Positions 35,058 through 45,137 of a DNA stretch of 64,000 nt are shown one piece after another. The notes below the pieces were generated by a model, which saw nothing but the letters and a program-made list of their open reading frames with translations, did no database searches and was not told the origin of the DNA. The DNA is taken from NCBI GenBank assembly GCA_963771355.1, contig CAVYTA010000006.1, forward strand, positions 1,088,001-1,152,000, given 5' to 3'. Position numbers and translations under genes: made by a program. Numbering within the stretch: position 1 is the first letter of the stretch; every line of letters begins with the position of its first letter. This stretch comes from an uncultured Candidatus Rokubacteria bacterium (GTDB lineage: Bacteria > Methylomirabilota > Methylomirabilia > Rokubacteriales > CSP1-6).

Positions 35058-36087
35058 GGGACACGTCCACCTCTTCCTCCGGGCGCGGATCCCGCGCGAG
35101 GAGCCCGGCGAGCGCCTCCCCCACCGGCACCCCCTCGAAGAGCACCGCCGCCACCGCGGCGCAGATCGGCATCGGGACCCCGGCCTCCCGGGCGAGGCGC
35201 AGGGCGGCGGTGACGGTGCGCACGCCCTCCGCCACCATGGGCGTGGCCGCCTCGGCCTCCCGCAGGCTGCGCCCCTGCCCCACCGCGAGGCCGAGCGCGC
35301 GGTTCCGGCTCAGCGAGCCGGTGGCGGTGAGGACGAGATCTCCCAGACCGGCCAGGCCGGCGAAGGTCCGGGCGGAGGCACCGAGCGCCACCCCCAGGCG
35401 CGTCATCTCCGCGAGCCCACGCGTCACGAGGGCGGCGCGCGCGTTCTCGCCCAGGGCGAGGCTATCCGACAGGCCGGCCGCGATGGCGATGACGTTCTTG
35501 AGCGCTCCCGCCAGCTCCACGCCGAGGACATCGCCGTTCGTGTAGATGCGCAGCGCGGGGCCGGCCAGCGCGCGCTGGGCCACACGCGCGACCTCGAGCC
35601 TCATGGAGGCCGCCACGAGCGCGGTCGGCCGGCCCAGCGCCACCTCGCGCGCGAACGAGGGCCCCGAGAGCACCGCCACCGGATGACTCGGCGCGAGCTC
35701 GGCGAGGAGCTCCGACATCCGGTAGCCGCGCTCGGGCTCCATCCCCTTGGTGGCCGACACGATGATGGCGTCCGACTCGAGCTGCGGCAGCAGCGGGGTC
35801 AGGGTGGCCCGGGCGTACTGGGACGGCACCGCGAACACCACGATGGGCGAGCTCCGCAGCGCGGTGGCGGCGTCCCCGGTCACGGTCACGCGAGCCGGGA
35901 TCGAGACGCCGGGAAGATAGCGCGGGTTCTCACCGCGCCGGGCGATCTCGCGCGCCAGCTCGGCGTCGCGGGCCCAGAGCCGCGCGGTCGCGCCGCGACG
36001 GCCGAGGTGAACGGCCAGCGCGGTGCCCCAGCTCCCCGCGCCCACGATGGCGACGGGGCCGATCGCCGCCGCGCGGTCGGCTGTCAT
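35050..36087 (-). CDS. gpsA: NAD(P)H-dependent glycerol-3-phosphate dehydrogenase
   Basis: GAGSWGTALA, SGPSFA, GALKNVIAIAAG, GLGDLVLT, SRNR. Confidence 0.96.
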   Translation of the reverse strand: MTADRAAAIGPVAIVGAGSWGTALAVHLGRRGATARLWARDAELAREIARRGENPRYLPGVSIPARVTVTGDAATALRSSPIVVFAVPSQYARATLTPLLPQLESDAIIVSATKGMEPERGYRMSELLAELAPSHPVAVLSGPSFAREVALGRPTALVAASMRLEVARVAQRALAGPALRIYTNGDVLGVELAGALKNVIAIAAGLSDSLALGENARAALVTRGLAEMTRLGVALGASARTFAGLAGLGDLVLTATGSLSRNRALGLAVGQGRSLREAEAATPMVAEGVRTVTAALRLAREAGVPMPICAAVAAVLFEGVPVGEALAGLLARDPRPEEEVDVSRA

Positions 36088-36091
36088 CGCC

Positions 36092-36691
36092 TCACGCCAC
36101 CGGAGCGCGCTGGCCGAGCCGCGACTCGGTGCCCGCGCGCAGGCGCTGGATATTGGCGCGGTGCCGGACGATGATGATCGCGGCCACGACGGTGGCGGCC
36201 AGCGCGAGAGGGGCCGGATACGCGACCCAGCCCGCGACCGCGAAGGCACCGCAGGCCGCGATGGACGCGAGCGAGACCAGTCGCGTGACGCCGACCACTG
36301 CCGCCCATACCACCGCCGCCGGCAGCACCGCCCAGGGCGCGGCGGCAAGAAAGGCGCCGAGCGCGGTGGCCATGCCCTTGCCGCCGCGGAAATGGAGGAA
36401 GACCGGCCAGCAATTCCCCGCCACCGCCGCCACCGCGCCGGCGCCGATCCAGGCGGGCGTGCCGCCGAGCGTCCCCGCCACCCACACTGCGGCATAGCCC
36501 TTGATGATGTCGCCCAGGAGCGTCATGGCGCCGGCGGCCGGCCCGAGCGTGCGCAGCACGTTGGTGGCACCGATATTCCCGCTCCCGTGGCGCCGGATGT
36601 CCACCCCGCCCGCCAGGCGGGCCACCAGTACGCCCACGGGAATCGCGCCGATGAGGTAGGCGGCGATCAGCCCGAGGACGCTCAGGGCCAC
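36092..36691 (-). CDS. plsY: Glycerol-3-phosphate acyltransferase PlsY
   Basis: GSGNIGATNVLR, FRGGKGMAT, RHRANIQRL. Confidence 0.95.
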   Translation of the reverse strand: MALSVLGLIAAYLIGAIPVGVLVARLAGGVDIRRHGSGNIGATNVLRTLGPAAGAMTLLGDIIKGYAAVWVAGTLGGTPAWIGAGAVAAVAGNCWPVFLHFRGGKGMATALGAFLAAAPWAVLPAAVVWAAVVGVTRLVSLASIAACGAFAVAGWVAYPAPLALAATVVAAIIIVRHRANIQRLRAGTESRLGQRAPVA

Positions 36692-37257
36692 CGCTCGCGG
36701 TCCTTCACCAGGGCCTCCGCCCCGGTACGCAGGAAGAACGAGTAGAAATAGTCGAGCCCGGAGAACACCGTCACCCCCATCGCGATCCAGAGCGCGATGC
36801 CCGAGACCAGGTGGAAGGGTACGAACTCGGCGGGCACCCCCTTCTCCAGGATGAGCAGGGTGAGCGCGACGTACTGCAGCACGGTCTTCCACTTGCCGAG
36901 CCGGGAGGCCGGCACCACCACGCCCATGGACAGCGCCACGCCACGGAGCCCGGTGACGGCGAGCTCGCGGCCGATGATGACCAGCGCCATCCACGCCGGC
37001 ACCATGTCCACCTGGACGAGCGAGACCAGCGCCGCCGCCACCAGGAGCTTGTCCGCCACGGGGTCGAGCAGCGTGCCCAGGCGGGTGACCTGGTTGGTGC
37101 TCCGCGCGATGCGCCCGTCCAGCCAGTCGGTGAGGGAGGCGGCCACAAAGATCACCGCCGCGATGAAGACGTGAACGCGGTCCGAGGAGATGAGGAAGAC
37201 GATGACCAGCGGCACCAGGACGATGCGCACGAGGGTCAGCGCGATGGGGACGTTCAT
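36682..37257 (-). CDS. pgsA: CDP-diacylglycerol--glycerol-3-phosphate 3-phosphatidyltransferase
   Basis: TDWLDGRIAR...GTLLDPVADK CDP-alcohol motif, GRELAVTGLR, GKWKT. Confidence 0.95.
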   Translation of the reverse strand: MNVPIALTLVRIVLVPLVIVFLISSDRVHVFIAAVIFVAASLTDWLDGRIARSTNQVTRLGTLLDPVADKLLVAAALVSLVQVDMVPAWMALVIIGRELAVTGLRGVALSMGVVVPASRLGKWKTVLQYVALTLLILEKGVPAEFVPFHLVSGIALWIAMGVTVFSGLDYFYSFFLRTGAEALVKDRERWP

Positions 37258-38012
37258 CGGCGGCCCTCCGCCTCCGCCGCCATCACCGGCGGGCCGGGCA
37301 CGATGGCGCCGCCCCTGAACACGGGGACCTGGTCCTGGGTGGAAAGGGCGAGACACACCTCGAAGTCGGCAGCGCGCCCGGCCTTGTGCAGGGAGCGCGC
37401 CCAGGCCGCGTCCTCCACCAATCGCGCCAGGCCCCCCGCGTAGGACTCGGCGAGGCGCCGCGCGGCGAGCGCGGCATCGGTGAGCCGGAGATCGCCGGCG
37501 CCCTCCCGCGCGAGGGCCTCCACCACGAAGCCCGCGCACACCGCGTCCTCCAGACAGAAGCCGCCCTTTTCTCCGGAGCAGAGCAGGGTGAGGTCCCGTC
37601 CGGACGCGAGCGCCCAGCGCGCCGCCGCGGCGGCATTGGTGAGCGCGGCCACCGCGGCAACGGCGGCCGCCCCCGCGGTCAGCATGGCGTGGGTCCCGTT
37701 GGTGGTGGTGAGCACGATGGCGCGGCCCGCCACCCGCTCGGGGGTGAACTCACGGGGAGAATTGCCGAGGTCGAAGCCCTCGATGGGATCGCCGCCCCGC
37801 TCTCCCGCCAGGAGGCACTCGCCGGGCGGAAAGCGGCTGGCCGCGCGCCGGGCCGCCGCCTCGTCGGGTACCGGGATCACCGTCCGGCATCCCGCCGCGC
37901 AGGCGGCCACCACGGACGTGGTGGCGCGCAGGACGTCGACGACGAGGGCGGCCCGCCCGTCGAGGGCGGCGCCGGCGAACTCCGCGGGCCCCAGGGCGAC
38001 GTGGACGCGCAT
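37254..38012 (-). CDS. comB: 2-phosphosulfolactate phosphatase family (ComB)
   Basis: VDVLRATTS, AGERGG, GNSPRE, TTTNGT, EDAVCAG. Confidence 0.9.
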   Translation of the reverse strand: MRVHVALGPAEFAGAALDGRAALVVDVLRATTSVVAACAAGCRTVIPVPDEAAARRAASRFPPGECLLAGERGGDPIEGFDLGNSPREFTPERVAGRAIVLTTTNGTHAMLTAGAAAVAAVAALTNAAAAARWALASGRDLTLLCSGEKGGFCLEDAVCAGFVVEALAREGAGDLRLTDAALAARRLAESYAGGLARLVEDAAWARSLHKAGRAADFEVCLALSTQDQVPVFRGGAIVPGPPVMAAEAEGRR

Positions 38013-38027
38013 ACGGCAGCCCCGCCC

Positions 38028-39233
38028 CTAGCGCGCGTCGCGCAGGGCGCGGATCTTGAGGCGGAGCGCGTTGAGATTGATGAAGCCCTCCGCGTCCTTC
38101 TGCCGATAGACGCGGTCGGCCTCGAAGGTCACGTAGTCGGTCCGGTAGAGCGAGCGCGGCGACTTCCGCCCCGCCACCATCACGTTGCCCTTGTAGAGCT
38201 TCAGCCGCACCGTTCCCGTGACATCCTCCTGGATATCGTCCATCAGCCGCTGGAGCGCGGTGCGCTCCGGCGAGAACCAGAAGCCGTAGTAGATCATCTC
38301 CGCGTAACGCGGGACGAGGGAGTCGCGGAGATGCAGTGCCTCGCGGTCCAGGGTGATCGACTCCAGCGCCCGGTGGGCGGCGTGGAGGATAGTGCCCCCG
38401 GGCGTCTCGTACACGCCCCGCGACTTCATCCCCACGTAGCGGTTCTCCACCAGGTCCACCCGGCCGATGCCGTGCTCGCCGCCCAGTCGGTTGACCCGCT
38501 CGAGGAGGGCCACCGGTCCCAGCCCGTCGCCGTCCACCGCTACCGGGTTGCCCCGCTCGAAGTCGATCTCCACGTAGATGGGCACGTCCGGCGCCGCCTC
38601 CGGCGAGTTGCTGAGAAGGAACATCTTGGGCGGCGGCTCCGCCCACGGGTCCTCGAGGATGCCGCCCTCGAAGGAGATGTGGAAGAGGTTGCGGTCGGTG
38701 GAGTACGGGCGCTCGGTGGTCACCGGCACCGGGATGTCGTGGCGCCGGGCGAACTCCATCAGCGCCGTCCGCGAATTGAGGTCCCACTCCCGCCAGGGCG
38801 CGATGACGGTGAGCTCGGGGGCGAGCGCCGCGTAGGTCAGCTCGAAGCGGACCTGGTCATTGCCCTTGCCGGTGGCGCCGTGGCTCACCGCGTCCGCCCC
38901 CGCCGCGCGGGCGACCTCCACCTGGGCCTTGGCGATGAGGGGCCGCGCGATGGACGTGCCCATCAGGTAAATACCTTCGTACACCGCGCTGGCCCGCAGC
39001 ATGGGAAAGATGAAGTCGCGGACGAACTCCTCGCGGAGATCCTTGATGTGCACGGTGGAGGCGCCGGTGCGGAGGGCCTTCTCCCGCACCGGGATGAGCT
39101 CCTCGCCCTGGCCGAGGTCGGCGCAGTACGCCACCACCTCGCACTTGTAGGTCTCGATGAGCCACCGGAGGATCACCGAGGTGTCGAGCCCCCCCGAGTA
39201 GGCGAGCACCACTTTGCGCGCTTTCTTGCTCAC
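38028..39233 (-). CDS. argG: Argininosuccinate synthase
   Basis: [33 protein letters not shown]. Confidence 0.98.
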   Translation of the reverse strand: MSKKARKVVLAYSGGLDTSVILRWLIETYKCEVVAYCADLGQGEELIPVREKALRTGASTVHIKDLREEFVRDFIFPMLRASAVYEGIYLMGTSIARPLIAKAQVEVARAAGADAVSHGATGKGNDQVRFELTYAALAPELTVIAPWREWDLNSRTALMEFARRHDIPVPVTTERPYSTDRNLFHISFEGGILEDPWAEPPPKMFLLSNSPEAAPDVPIYVEIDFERGNPVAVDGDGLGPVALLERVNRLGGEHGIGRVDLVENRYVGMKSRGVYETPGGTILHAAHRALESITLDREALHLRDSLVPRYAEMIYYGFWFSPERTALQRLMDDIQEDVTGTVRLKLYKGNVMVAGRKSPRSLYRTDYVTFEADRVYRQKDAEGFINLNALRLKIRALRDAR

Positions 39234-39245
39234 GGGAGTCGTCTC

Positions 39246-40157
39246 CTAGTCGCCGCCCAGGAGATGGAGGATGACCGCCTTCTGGGCGTGCAGCCGGTTC
39301 TCGGCCTGGTCCAGGATCACGCTCTGGGGCCCATCCAGCACGGTGTCGGTGATCTCCTCGCCCCGGTGCGCGGGCAGGCAGTGCATGACCAGCGCCTTGG
39401 GCGCCGCGAAGCGCAGCAAGGTCTCGTTGACCTGGTACCGCTGGAAGGCTTCGTGCCGCCGCTCCCGCTCGGCCTCCTGCCCCATACTGATCCACACGTC
39501 GGTGTAGACGACGTCCGCGCCCTCGGCCGCCTCCCGCGCGTCCGCGGTCAGCGCCACCTTCCCGCCCGCGCGACGGCACGACTCCACCACCGTCGGGTCC
39601 GGCTCGTAGCCGGGCGGCGTGGCGACGATCATGTCCATCCCCAGCCGGGCGCCCAGGAGGAGCACCGAGTGGCAGACATTGTTGCCGTCGCCGATCCAGG
39701 CGAGCCGGGTCTGGCGGAGGTCGAGACCCCGCTCCCACAGCGTGAAGAGGTCGGCCATGGCCTGGCAGGGATGCTCGCGGTCGGACAGCCCATTGATCAC
39801 CGGAATGGTGGAGAAGCGGGCCAGCCCCTCCACGGTGGCGTGGCTGAACACGCGCGCGGTGACGATGTCCACCCAGCGCGAGAGGTTGCGCGCGATGTCG
39901 GGCACCGACTCCCGCTTGCCGAAGCCGATCTCCTGGGCGGCCAGGTACACCGAGGCCCCGCCCAGCTGCACCATGCCCACCTCGAAGGTGACGCGCGTGC
40001 GCAGGGAAGGCTTCTCGAAGATGAGGGCCATGGTCCGGCCGGTGAGCGGGGTGGCGCGGTCACCCGCCTTGATGCGCGACTTGAGCTCGGCGGTGAGCCG
40101 GAACAGGCGCGTGACCTCGTCGCGCTCGAGGTCCTCCATGGACAGGAAGTGCTTCAT
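39246..40157 (-). CDS. argF: Ornithine carbamoyltransferase
   Basis: FEKPSLRTR, HPCQ, GDGNNV, SMGQE, HCLPAHRG. Confidence 0.96.
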   Translation of the reverse strand: MKHFLSMEDLERDEVTRLFRLTAELKSRIKAGDRATPLTGRTMALIFEKPSLRTRVTFEVGMVQLGGASVYLAAQEIGFGKRESVPDIARNLSRWVDIVTARVFSHATVEGLARFSTIPVINGLSDREHPCQAMADLFTLWERGLDLRQTRLAWIGDGNNVCHSVLLLGARLGMDMIVATPPGYEPDPTVVESCRRAGGKVALTADAREAAEGADVVYTDVWISMGQEAERERRHEAFQRYQVNETLLRFAAPKALVMHCLPAHRGEEITDTVLDGPQSVILDQAENRLHAQKAVILHLLGGD

Positions 40158-41353
40158 CACTTCGCGGCGGCCACCGCGCCCTCGATCGCCTCCACCGCGC
40201 GGCTCACGTCCCCCTCGCCAAGCACGAGGGCGGGAGCGAGGCGGAGGGTATTGTCGCCGGCGGTGAGCACGAGCAGGCCGCGCTCGCGACAGCCCGTCAC
40301 CACGTCGGCCATCGGCGGCACCAGATCGACGCCCACCAGACAGCCCTTGCCGCGAACCGCCGTGATCTTCCCGGGGTGGCGCCCGCGCACGCCCTCCAGC
40401 CGCTCCACCATGAGCTTGCCCATCTTCGCCGCCCGCTCGGGCAGTCGCTCCTCGAGGAGGGTGGTCAGCACGGTGAGGCCCACCGCAGTGGCGAAGGGGT
40501 TGCCGCCGAAGGTGCTGCCGTGGGTGCCGGGCGAGAACGCGGTGGCGACATCCTCGGTGGCCAGCGCGGCGCCGATGGGAATGCCGTTGGCGAGCGCCTT
40601 GGCCACCGTCATGATGTCGGGGGCCACCCCCGCGTGCTCGTAGGCCCAGAGCCGCCCGGTGCGGCCCATGCCGGTCTGGATCTCGTCCAGGATGAGGAGC
40701 ACACCGGCCTCGTCGCAGAGCTTGCGGAGGCCGGGCAGATAGCCCTCGTCCGGGATGATCACGCCGCCCTCGCCCTGGATGGGCTCCACCATCACCGCCG
40801 CGGTCCGGCTGTCCAGCGCGCGCTCCACTGCGCGGAGGTCGTTGTAGGGCACGTACTTGAAGCCGCCCGGCAGCGGCTCGTAGCCGTGATGGTATTTCTC
40901 CTGGGCGGTGGCGGTCACGGTGGCCAGCGTCCTCCCATGAAAACCACCTCTCATCGTGATGATGTCGCCGCGGTCGCTGGCTCCGTGCTCCTTCGCCCAC
41001 TTGCGCGCGAGCTTGATGGCGGCCTCGTTGGCCTCCGCCCCCGAGTTGCCGAAGAACACCCGATCGGCGAAGGAGTGCTCGCAGAGGAGCTTGGCCAGAT
41101 GCGTCTGCTGGGGGATGTGGAAGAGGTTGGAGACGTGCAGGAGCGTGGTGGCCTGCTCCCGGATGGTCCCTACCACCCGCGCGTGAGAATGCCCCAGCGC
41201 GGTCACGGCGATACCACCGGTGAAGTCGAGGTACTCCTTGCCGTCCGAGTCCCAGACGCGCATCCCCTCCCCGCGCACCAGCGCGATGGGGAATCGCTTG
41301 GTGAAGGCCATCAGGTGCTTGCCGCCCGCGTCGAGGAGCTCTTTCGTGTCCAC
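40157..41353 (-). CDS. argD: Acetylornithine aminotransferase
   Basis: NSGAEANE, FHGRT, EPIQGEGG, DEIQTGMGRTG, AKALANG, HGSTFGGN. Confidence 0.95.
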   Translation of the reverse strand: MDTKELLDAGGKHLMAFTKRFPIALVRGEGMRVWDSDGKEYLDFTGGIAVTALGHSHARVVGTIREQATTLLHVSNLFHIPQQTHLAKLLCEHSFADRVFFGNSGAEANEAAIKLARKWAKEHGASDRGDIITMRGGFHGRTLATVTATAQEKYHHGYEPLPGGFKYVPYNDLRAVERALDSRTAAVMVEPIQGEGGVIIPDEGYLPGLRKLCDEAGVLLILDEIQTGMGRTGRLWAYEHAGVAPDIMTVAKALANGIPIGAALATEDVATAFSPGTHGSTFGGNPFATAVGLTVLTTLLEERLPERAAKMGKLMVERLEGVRGRHPGKITAVRGKGCLVGVDLVPPMADVVTGCRERGLLVLTAGDNTLRLAPALVLGEGDVSRAVEAIEGAVAAAK

Positions 41354-41365
41354 CGGACTCTCCCT

Positions 41366-42247
41366 CTAGAAGACGATTTCGGTCCCGACACCTTGGTGGG
41401 TGAAGACCTCGAGGAGGACGGCGTGCGGTACCCGCCCGTCGATGATGTGGGCCTTGGCGGCGCCACCCTCCAGCGCGCGTAGCGCGGACTCCACCTTGGG
41501 CAGCATCCCGCCGTCGATCACGTTGGTCTTGATCAGACGCTCGGCATCGCGCTTGGTCAGCCGCGAGAGGAGCCGGCCGTCCTCGCCGTTGATCCCCTGC
41601 ACGTCGGTGAGGTGGATCAGCTTCTCCGCGCGCAGGGCCGCCGCCACCTCGCCCGCCACCAGGTCGGCGTTGACGTTATAGCTCTCGCCGCGCGCGCCCA
41701 CTCCCACCGGCGCGATCACCGGGATGAGCCCGTTGTCCTCGAACAGCCGGATGACGTCGGCGTTGACGGTTTCCACCTCGCCCACCAGCCCGATGTCCAC
41801 GGTGGACCCGTCGGGCATGCGGTGCAGCCGCTTCCGCGCGCGGAGCAGGTTGGCGTCCTTGCCGGAGAGGCCCACCGCCCGGCCGCCGTGGACATTGATG
41901 AGCCCCACGATCTCCTTGTTGAGCTTGCCCACCAGCACCATCTCCACCAGCTCCATGGTCTCCGGGTCGGTGACGCGCATGCCGCCCACGAAGTGCGGCT
42001 CCTTGCCCAGCTTCTTCATGAGGGCGCCGATCTGGGGCCCGCCGCCGTGGACGATGACGGGCCGGATGCCGATGAGGCGGAGCAGCAGGACGTCGCGGGC
42101 GAACTGCTCCTTGAGGTCCGCCTTCTCCATCGCGGAGCCCCCGTACTTGATCACGAGGGTCTTGCCCTGGAAGGCCTGCAGGTACGGCAGGGCCTCCAGC
42201 AGTACCTCCGCCCGGTGAATCATCGCCTGGATCTCCGGAGTGGCCAT
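41366..42247 (-). CDS. argB: Acetylglutamate kinase
   Basis: IKYGGSAM, VHGGGPQI, GMRVTD, NVNAD, GGMLPK. Confidence 0.96.
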   Translation of the reverse strand: MATPEIQAMIHRAEVLLEALPYLQAFQGKTLVIKYGGSAMEKADLKEQFARDVLLLRLIGIRPVIVHGGGPQIGALMKKLGKEPHFVGGMRVTDPETMELVEMVLVGKLNKEIVGLINVHGGRAVGLSGKDANLLRARKRLHRMPDGSTVDIGLVGEVETVNADVIRLFEDNGLIPVIAPVGVGARGESYNVNADLVAGEVAAALRAEKLIHLTDVQGINGEDGRLLSRLTKRDAERLIKTNVIDGGMLPKVESALRALEGGAAKAHIIDGRVPHAVLLEVFTHQGVGTEIVF

Positions 42248-42261
42248 GTCTCCCCGCGAGC

Positions 42262-43617
42262 CTAGAGGATGTACCGGGAGAGGTCCTCGTCCTTCAGGAC
42301 CTCGGCCAGCCGCGCATGCACGTATTCGGCGTCGATCACGATCTCCCGGCCCCCCAGCGAGGGGGCATCGAACGACACCTCGTCCAGGAGCTTCTCCATG
42401 ATGGTGTAGAGCCGACGGGCCCCGATGTTCTCGGCCCGCTGATTCACCTGGGAGGCGATCTCCGCCACCGCCTCCACCGCCTCCGGCCTGAACTGCAGCC
42501 GGACTCCCTCGGTCAGCAGGAGCTCCCGGTACTGCCGGATGAGGGCGTTCTCGGGCTCGCTCAGGATGCGGACAAAGTCCTCCCGCGTCAAGGGCTCCAG
42601 TTCCACCCGGATGGGGAATCGGCCCTGGAGCTCGGGGATGAGATCGGAAGGCTTGGCCACGTGGAAGGCGCCGGCCGCGATGAAGAGGATGTGGTCCGTC
42701 CGTACCGTGCCGTACTTGGTGGTCACCGCCGACCCTTCCACGATGGGCAGGAGGTCGCGCTGCACCCCTTCCCGCGAGACATCGGGCCCATGGCCGCCCT
42801 CCCGCCCTGCGACCTTGTCGAGCTCGTCCAGGAAGATGATCCCGGCGTTCTCCACCCGCTGGACAGCCTGGCTCACCGCCTCGTCCATGTCCACCAGCTT
42901 CTGGGCCTCCTCCTGCGCGAGGAGCCGCCGCGCCTCCCCCACCTTCACGCGGCGTCTCCGCGTGCGGCCCGGCATCACCTGGGAGAGCATGTTCTGGAGG
43001 TTGATGCCCACCTCCTCCATGCCCTGGCCGCCGAACATCTGGAGCATGGGCGGGGTCTGGCTGGCCAGGTCGAGCTCGATCACCCGCTCCTCGAGCTTGC
43101 CGTCGCGGAGCTGGGCGCGCAGCTTCTCGCGGGTGGCGTCGCGGGAGGCGTGCGACGTGTCGATCTCCTCCAGCGTGCTCGAGGTGAAAGCCTCGCCGGG
43201 CCGGCGGGGAAGCAGGAGGTCGAGGAGCCGCTCCTCGGCGAGGGCCTCGCCCCGCTCGCGCACCTCGGCCGCCATCTCGGCCTTCACCATGTTCACGGAC
43301 AGCTCGGTGAGGTCGCGGATCATGGACTCCACGTCGCGTCCCACGTACCCCACCTCCGTGTACTTGGAGGCTTCCACCTTGAGGAACGGGGCCTGGGCGA
43401 GGCGGGCGAGCCGGCGCGCGATCTCCGTCTTCCCCACCCCGGTGGGGCCGATCATGATGATGTTCTTCGGCGCCACCTCGTCGCGCAGCTCGGGCGGGAG
43501 ATTCTGGCGCCGCCAGCGGTTGCGGAGCGCGATGGCCACCGCCCGCTTGGCGCGATGCTGGCCCACGATGTAGCGGTCCAGCTCGGTGACGATCTGGGCC
43601 GGGGTGAGCGCGCTCAC
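42262..43617 (-). CDS. hslU: ATP-dependent protease ATPase subunit HslU
   Basis: [36 protein letters not shown]-terminus. Confidence 0.97.
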   Translation of the reverse strand: MSALTPAQIVTELDRYIVGQHRAKRAVAIALRNRWRRQNLPPELRDEVAPKNIIMIGPTGVGKTEIARRLARLAQAPFLKVEASKYTEVGYVGRDVESMIRDLTELSVNMVKAEMAAEVRERGEALAEERLLDLLLPRRPGEAFTSSTLEEIDTSHASRDATREKLRAQLRDGKLEERVIELDLASQTPPMLQMFGGQGMEEVGINLQNMLSQVMPGRTRRRRVKVGEARRLLAQEEAQKLVDMDEAVSQAVQRVENAGIIFLDELDKVAGREGGHGPDVSREGVQRDLLPIVEGSAVTTKYGTVRTDHILFIAAGAFHVAKPSDLIPELQGRFPIRVELEPLTREDFVRILSEPENALIRQYRELLLTEGVRLQFRPEAVEAVAEIASQVNQRAENIGARRLYTIMEKLLDEVSFDAPSLGGREIVIDAEYVHARLAEVLKDEDLSRYIL

Positions 43618-44189
43618 GGCAAGGCCTCCACCGTGATGTGATCGTTGGTGTACACGCAGATGCCCGCCGCGATGCGGAGCGCCTGCTCCGCGATGGCCTT
43701 CGCGTCCAGGCTGGAGTGGGCCACCAGCGCGCGCGCCGCCGCCAGCGCGAAGGGCCCGCCCGACCCGATTCCAATCAAGCCGTCGTCCGGCTCGATGACA
43801 TCGCCGGTGCCGGAGACGATGAAGGACACCTCCGCGTCGGCCACCGCCAGGAGGGCTTCCAGGCGCCGGAGGGCACGGTCCGTGCGCCACTCCTTCGCCA
43901 GCTCCACCGCGGCACGCGGCAGGTTCCCCCGATACTCGTCCAGCTTGGCCTCGAAGCGCGCGAACAGGGTGAAGGCGTCGGCCGCCGCGCCCGCGAATCC
44001 GGCGACCACGCGGCCGTGATGGAGCTTGCGTACCTTGCGCGCGGCGGACTTCACCACGGTCTGGCCGATGGAGACCTGACCGTCCCCCGCGATGGCCACC
44101 GTGCCGCCATGGCGCACCGACATCACGGTGGTGGCGCGGAACACGGGCGCCCGCTCGCTCAGGTCGTCCCCCATCACGTGGCTCTTCAT
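43614..44189 (-). CDS. hslV: ATP-dependent protease subunit HslV
   Basis: ATT N-terminal Thr after a propeptide, GDGQVS, GSGG, ICVYTN; exact start uncertain. Confidence 0.95.
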   Translation of the reverse strand: MKSHVMGDDLSERAPVFRATTVMSVRHGGTVAIAGDGQVSIGQTVVKSAARKVRKLHHGRVVAGFAGAAADAFTLFARFEAKLDEYRGNLPRAAVELAKEWRTDRALRRLEALLAVADAEVSFIVSGTGDVIEPDDGLIGIGSGGPFALAAARALVAHSSLDAKAIAEQALRIAAGICVYTNDHITVEALP

Positions 44190-44217
44190 CTCAGCGCCTC
44201 CCTCACATCGCCCCCGG

Positions 44218-45123
44218 TCACATCGCTCGGGGATGCGCCGAGTCGTACACCTTCATCAGGTGCTCGGGGCTCACGTGCGTGTAGCGCTGCGTGGTGGAGA
44301 GGCGGCGGTGGCCGAGCAGCTCCTGGATGAGGCGCAGGTCGGCCCCCTCCCCGAGCAGGTGGGTGGCGAAGGTGTGGCGCAGCGTATGCGGCGTCACGCG
44401 ACGGTCGATGCCGGCCGCGCGCGCGCGCCGGCCCACGATCCGGTGCACGCTCCGGGTGGTCAGGCGCTTCCCGCGTGGATTGCGGAACAGTGGCCCCGCG
44501 GCGGCGCCGCGGCCTCCGAGATAATCGTCGAGGGCGGCCAGGGCCGCGTCGCCCACCGGGACCATACGCTCGCGATTGCCCTTTCCGAGTACGCGGACCG
44601 TTCCGTGGCGGCGGTCGACATCCTCGAGATCGAGGCCACAGCACTCCGCCACCCGGAGCCCAGAGGCATAGAGTAGCTCGAGGAGCGCCCGGTCGCGCCG
44701 GCCCGTGTCGCTGGCCTCGAAGGTCGCGTCGAGGAGATCCTTCGACTCGTCCTTGGGCAGGAAGGAGGGCAGCCGCCGGCCCAGGCGCGGCGTGCGCAGG
44801 TGGCGCGCCGGATTCGCCGGCAGCACGCCCCGCCGGGTGAGGAAGCGAAAGCAGCTCCGCACTGCCGCCAGCTTGCGCGCGATGGAGCTCTTGGCGAGTC
44901 CGCGGCCGTGCAGCCATGCGAGGTAGGCGCGGAGCGCGCGCGCGTCGACGTCGTGCCACCCGGCCACTCTCGCCATCCGAAGAAAGCGGCGGAACTCGGC
45001 GAGATCCGTCGCGTAGCCGCGGAGGGTGTGCGCGGACGCGCCCCGCTCCCCGGCCAGGTACTGGAGGAAGGCCGGGACGGGCGAGTCGTCCGGGCGCGGC
45101 GATCCGGGTTCCTGGTCGGGCAT
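44218..45123 (-). CDS. xerC: Tyrosine recombinase XerC
   Basis: [37 protein letters not shown]; topA-xerC-hslVU context. Confidence 0.92.
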   Translation of the reverse strand: MPDQEPGSPRPDDSPVPAFLQYLAGERGASAHTLRGYATDLAEFRRFLRMARVAGWHDVDARALRAYLAWLHGRGLAKSSIARKLAAVRSCFRFLTRRGVLPANPARHLRTPRLGRRLPSFLPKDESKDLLDATFEASDTGRRDRALLELLYASGLRVAECCGLDLEDVDRRHGTVRVLGKGNRERMVPVGDAALAALDDYLGGRGAAAGPLFRNPRGKRLTTRSVHRIVGRRARAAGIDRRVTPHTLRHTFATHLLGEGADLRLIQELLGHRRLSTTQRYTHVSPEHLMKVYDSAHPRAM

Positions 45124-45137
45124 CGGCGGCCGGTCCG

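Noticed and set aside
44218..45123. Tyrosine recombinase as a mobile-element integrase
   Set aside because: Housekeeping XerC size and topA-xerC-hslVU context; no att sites or cargo genes.
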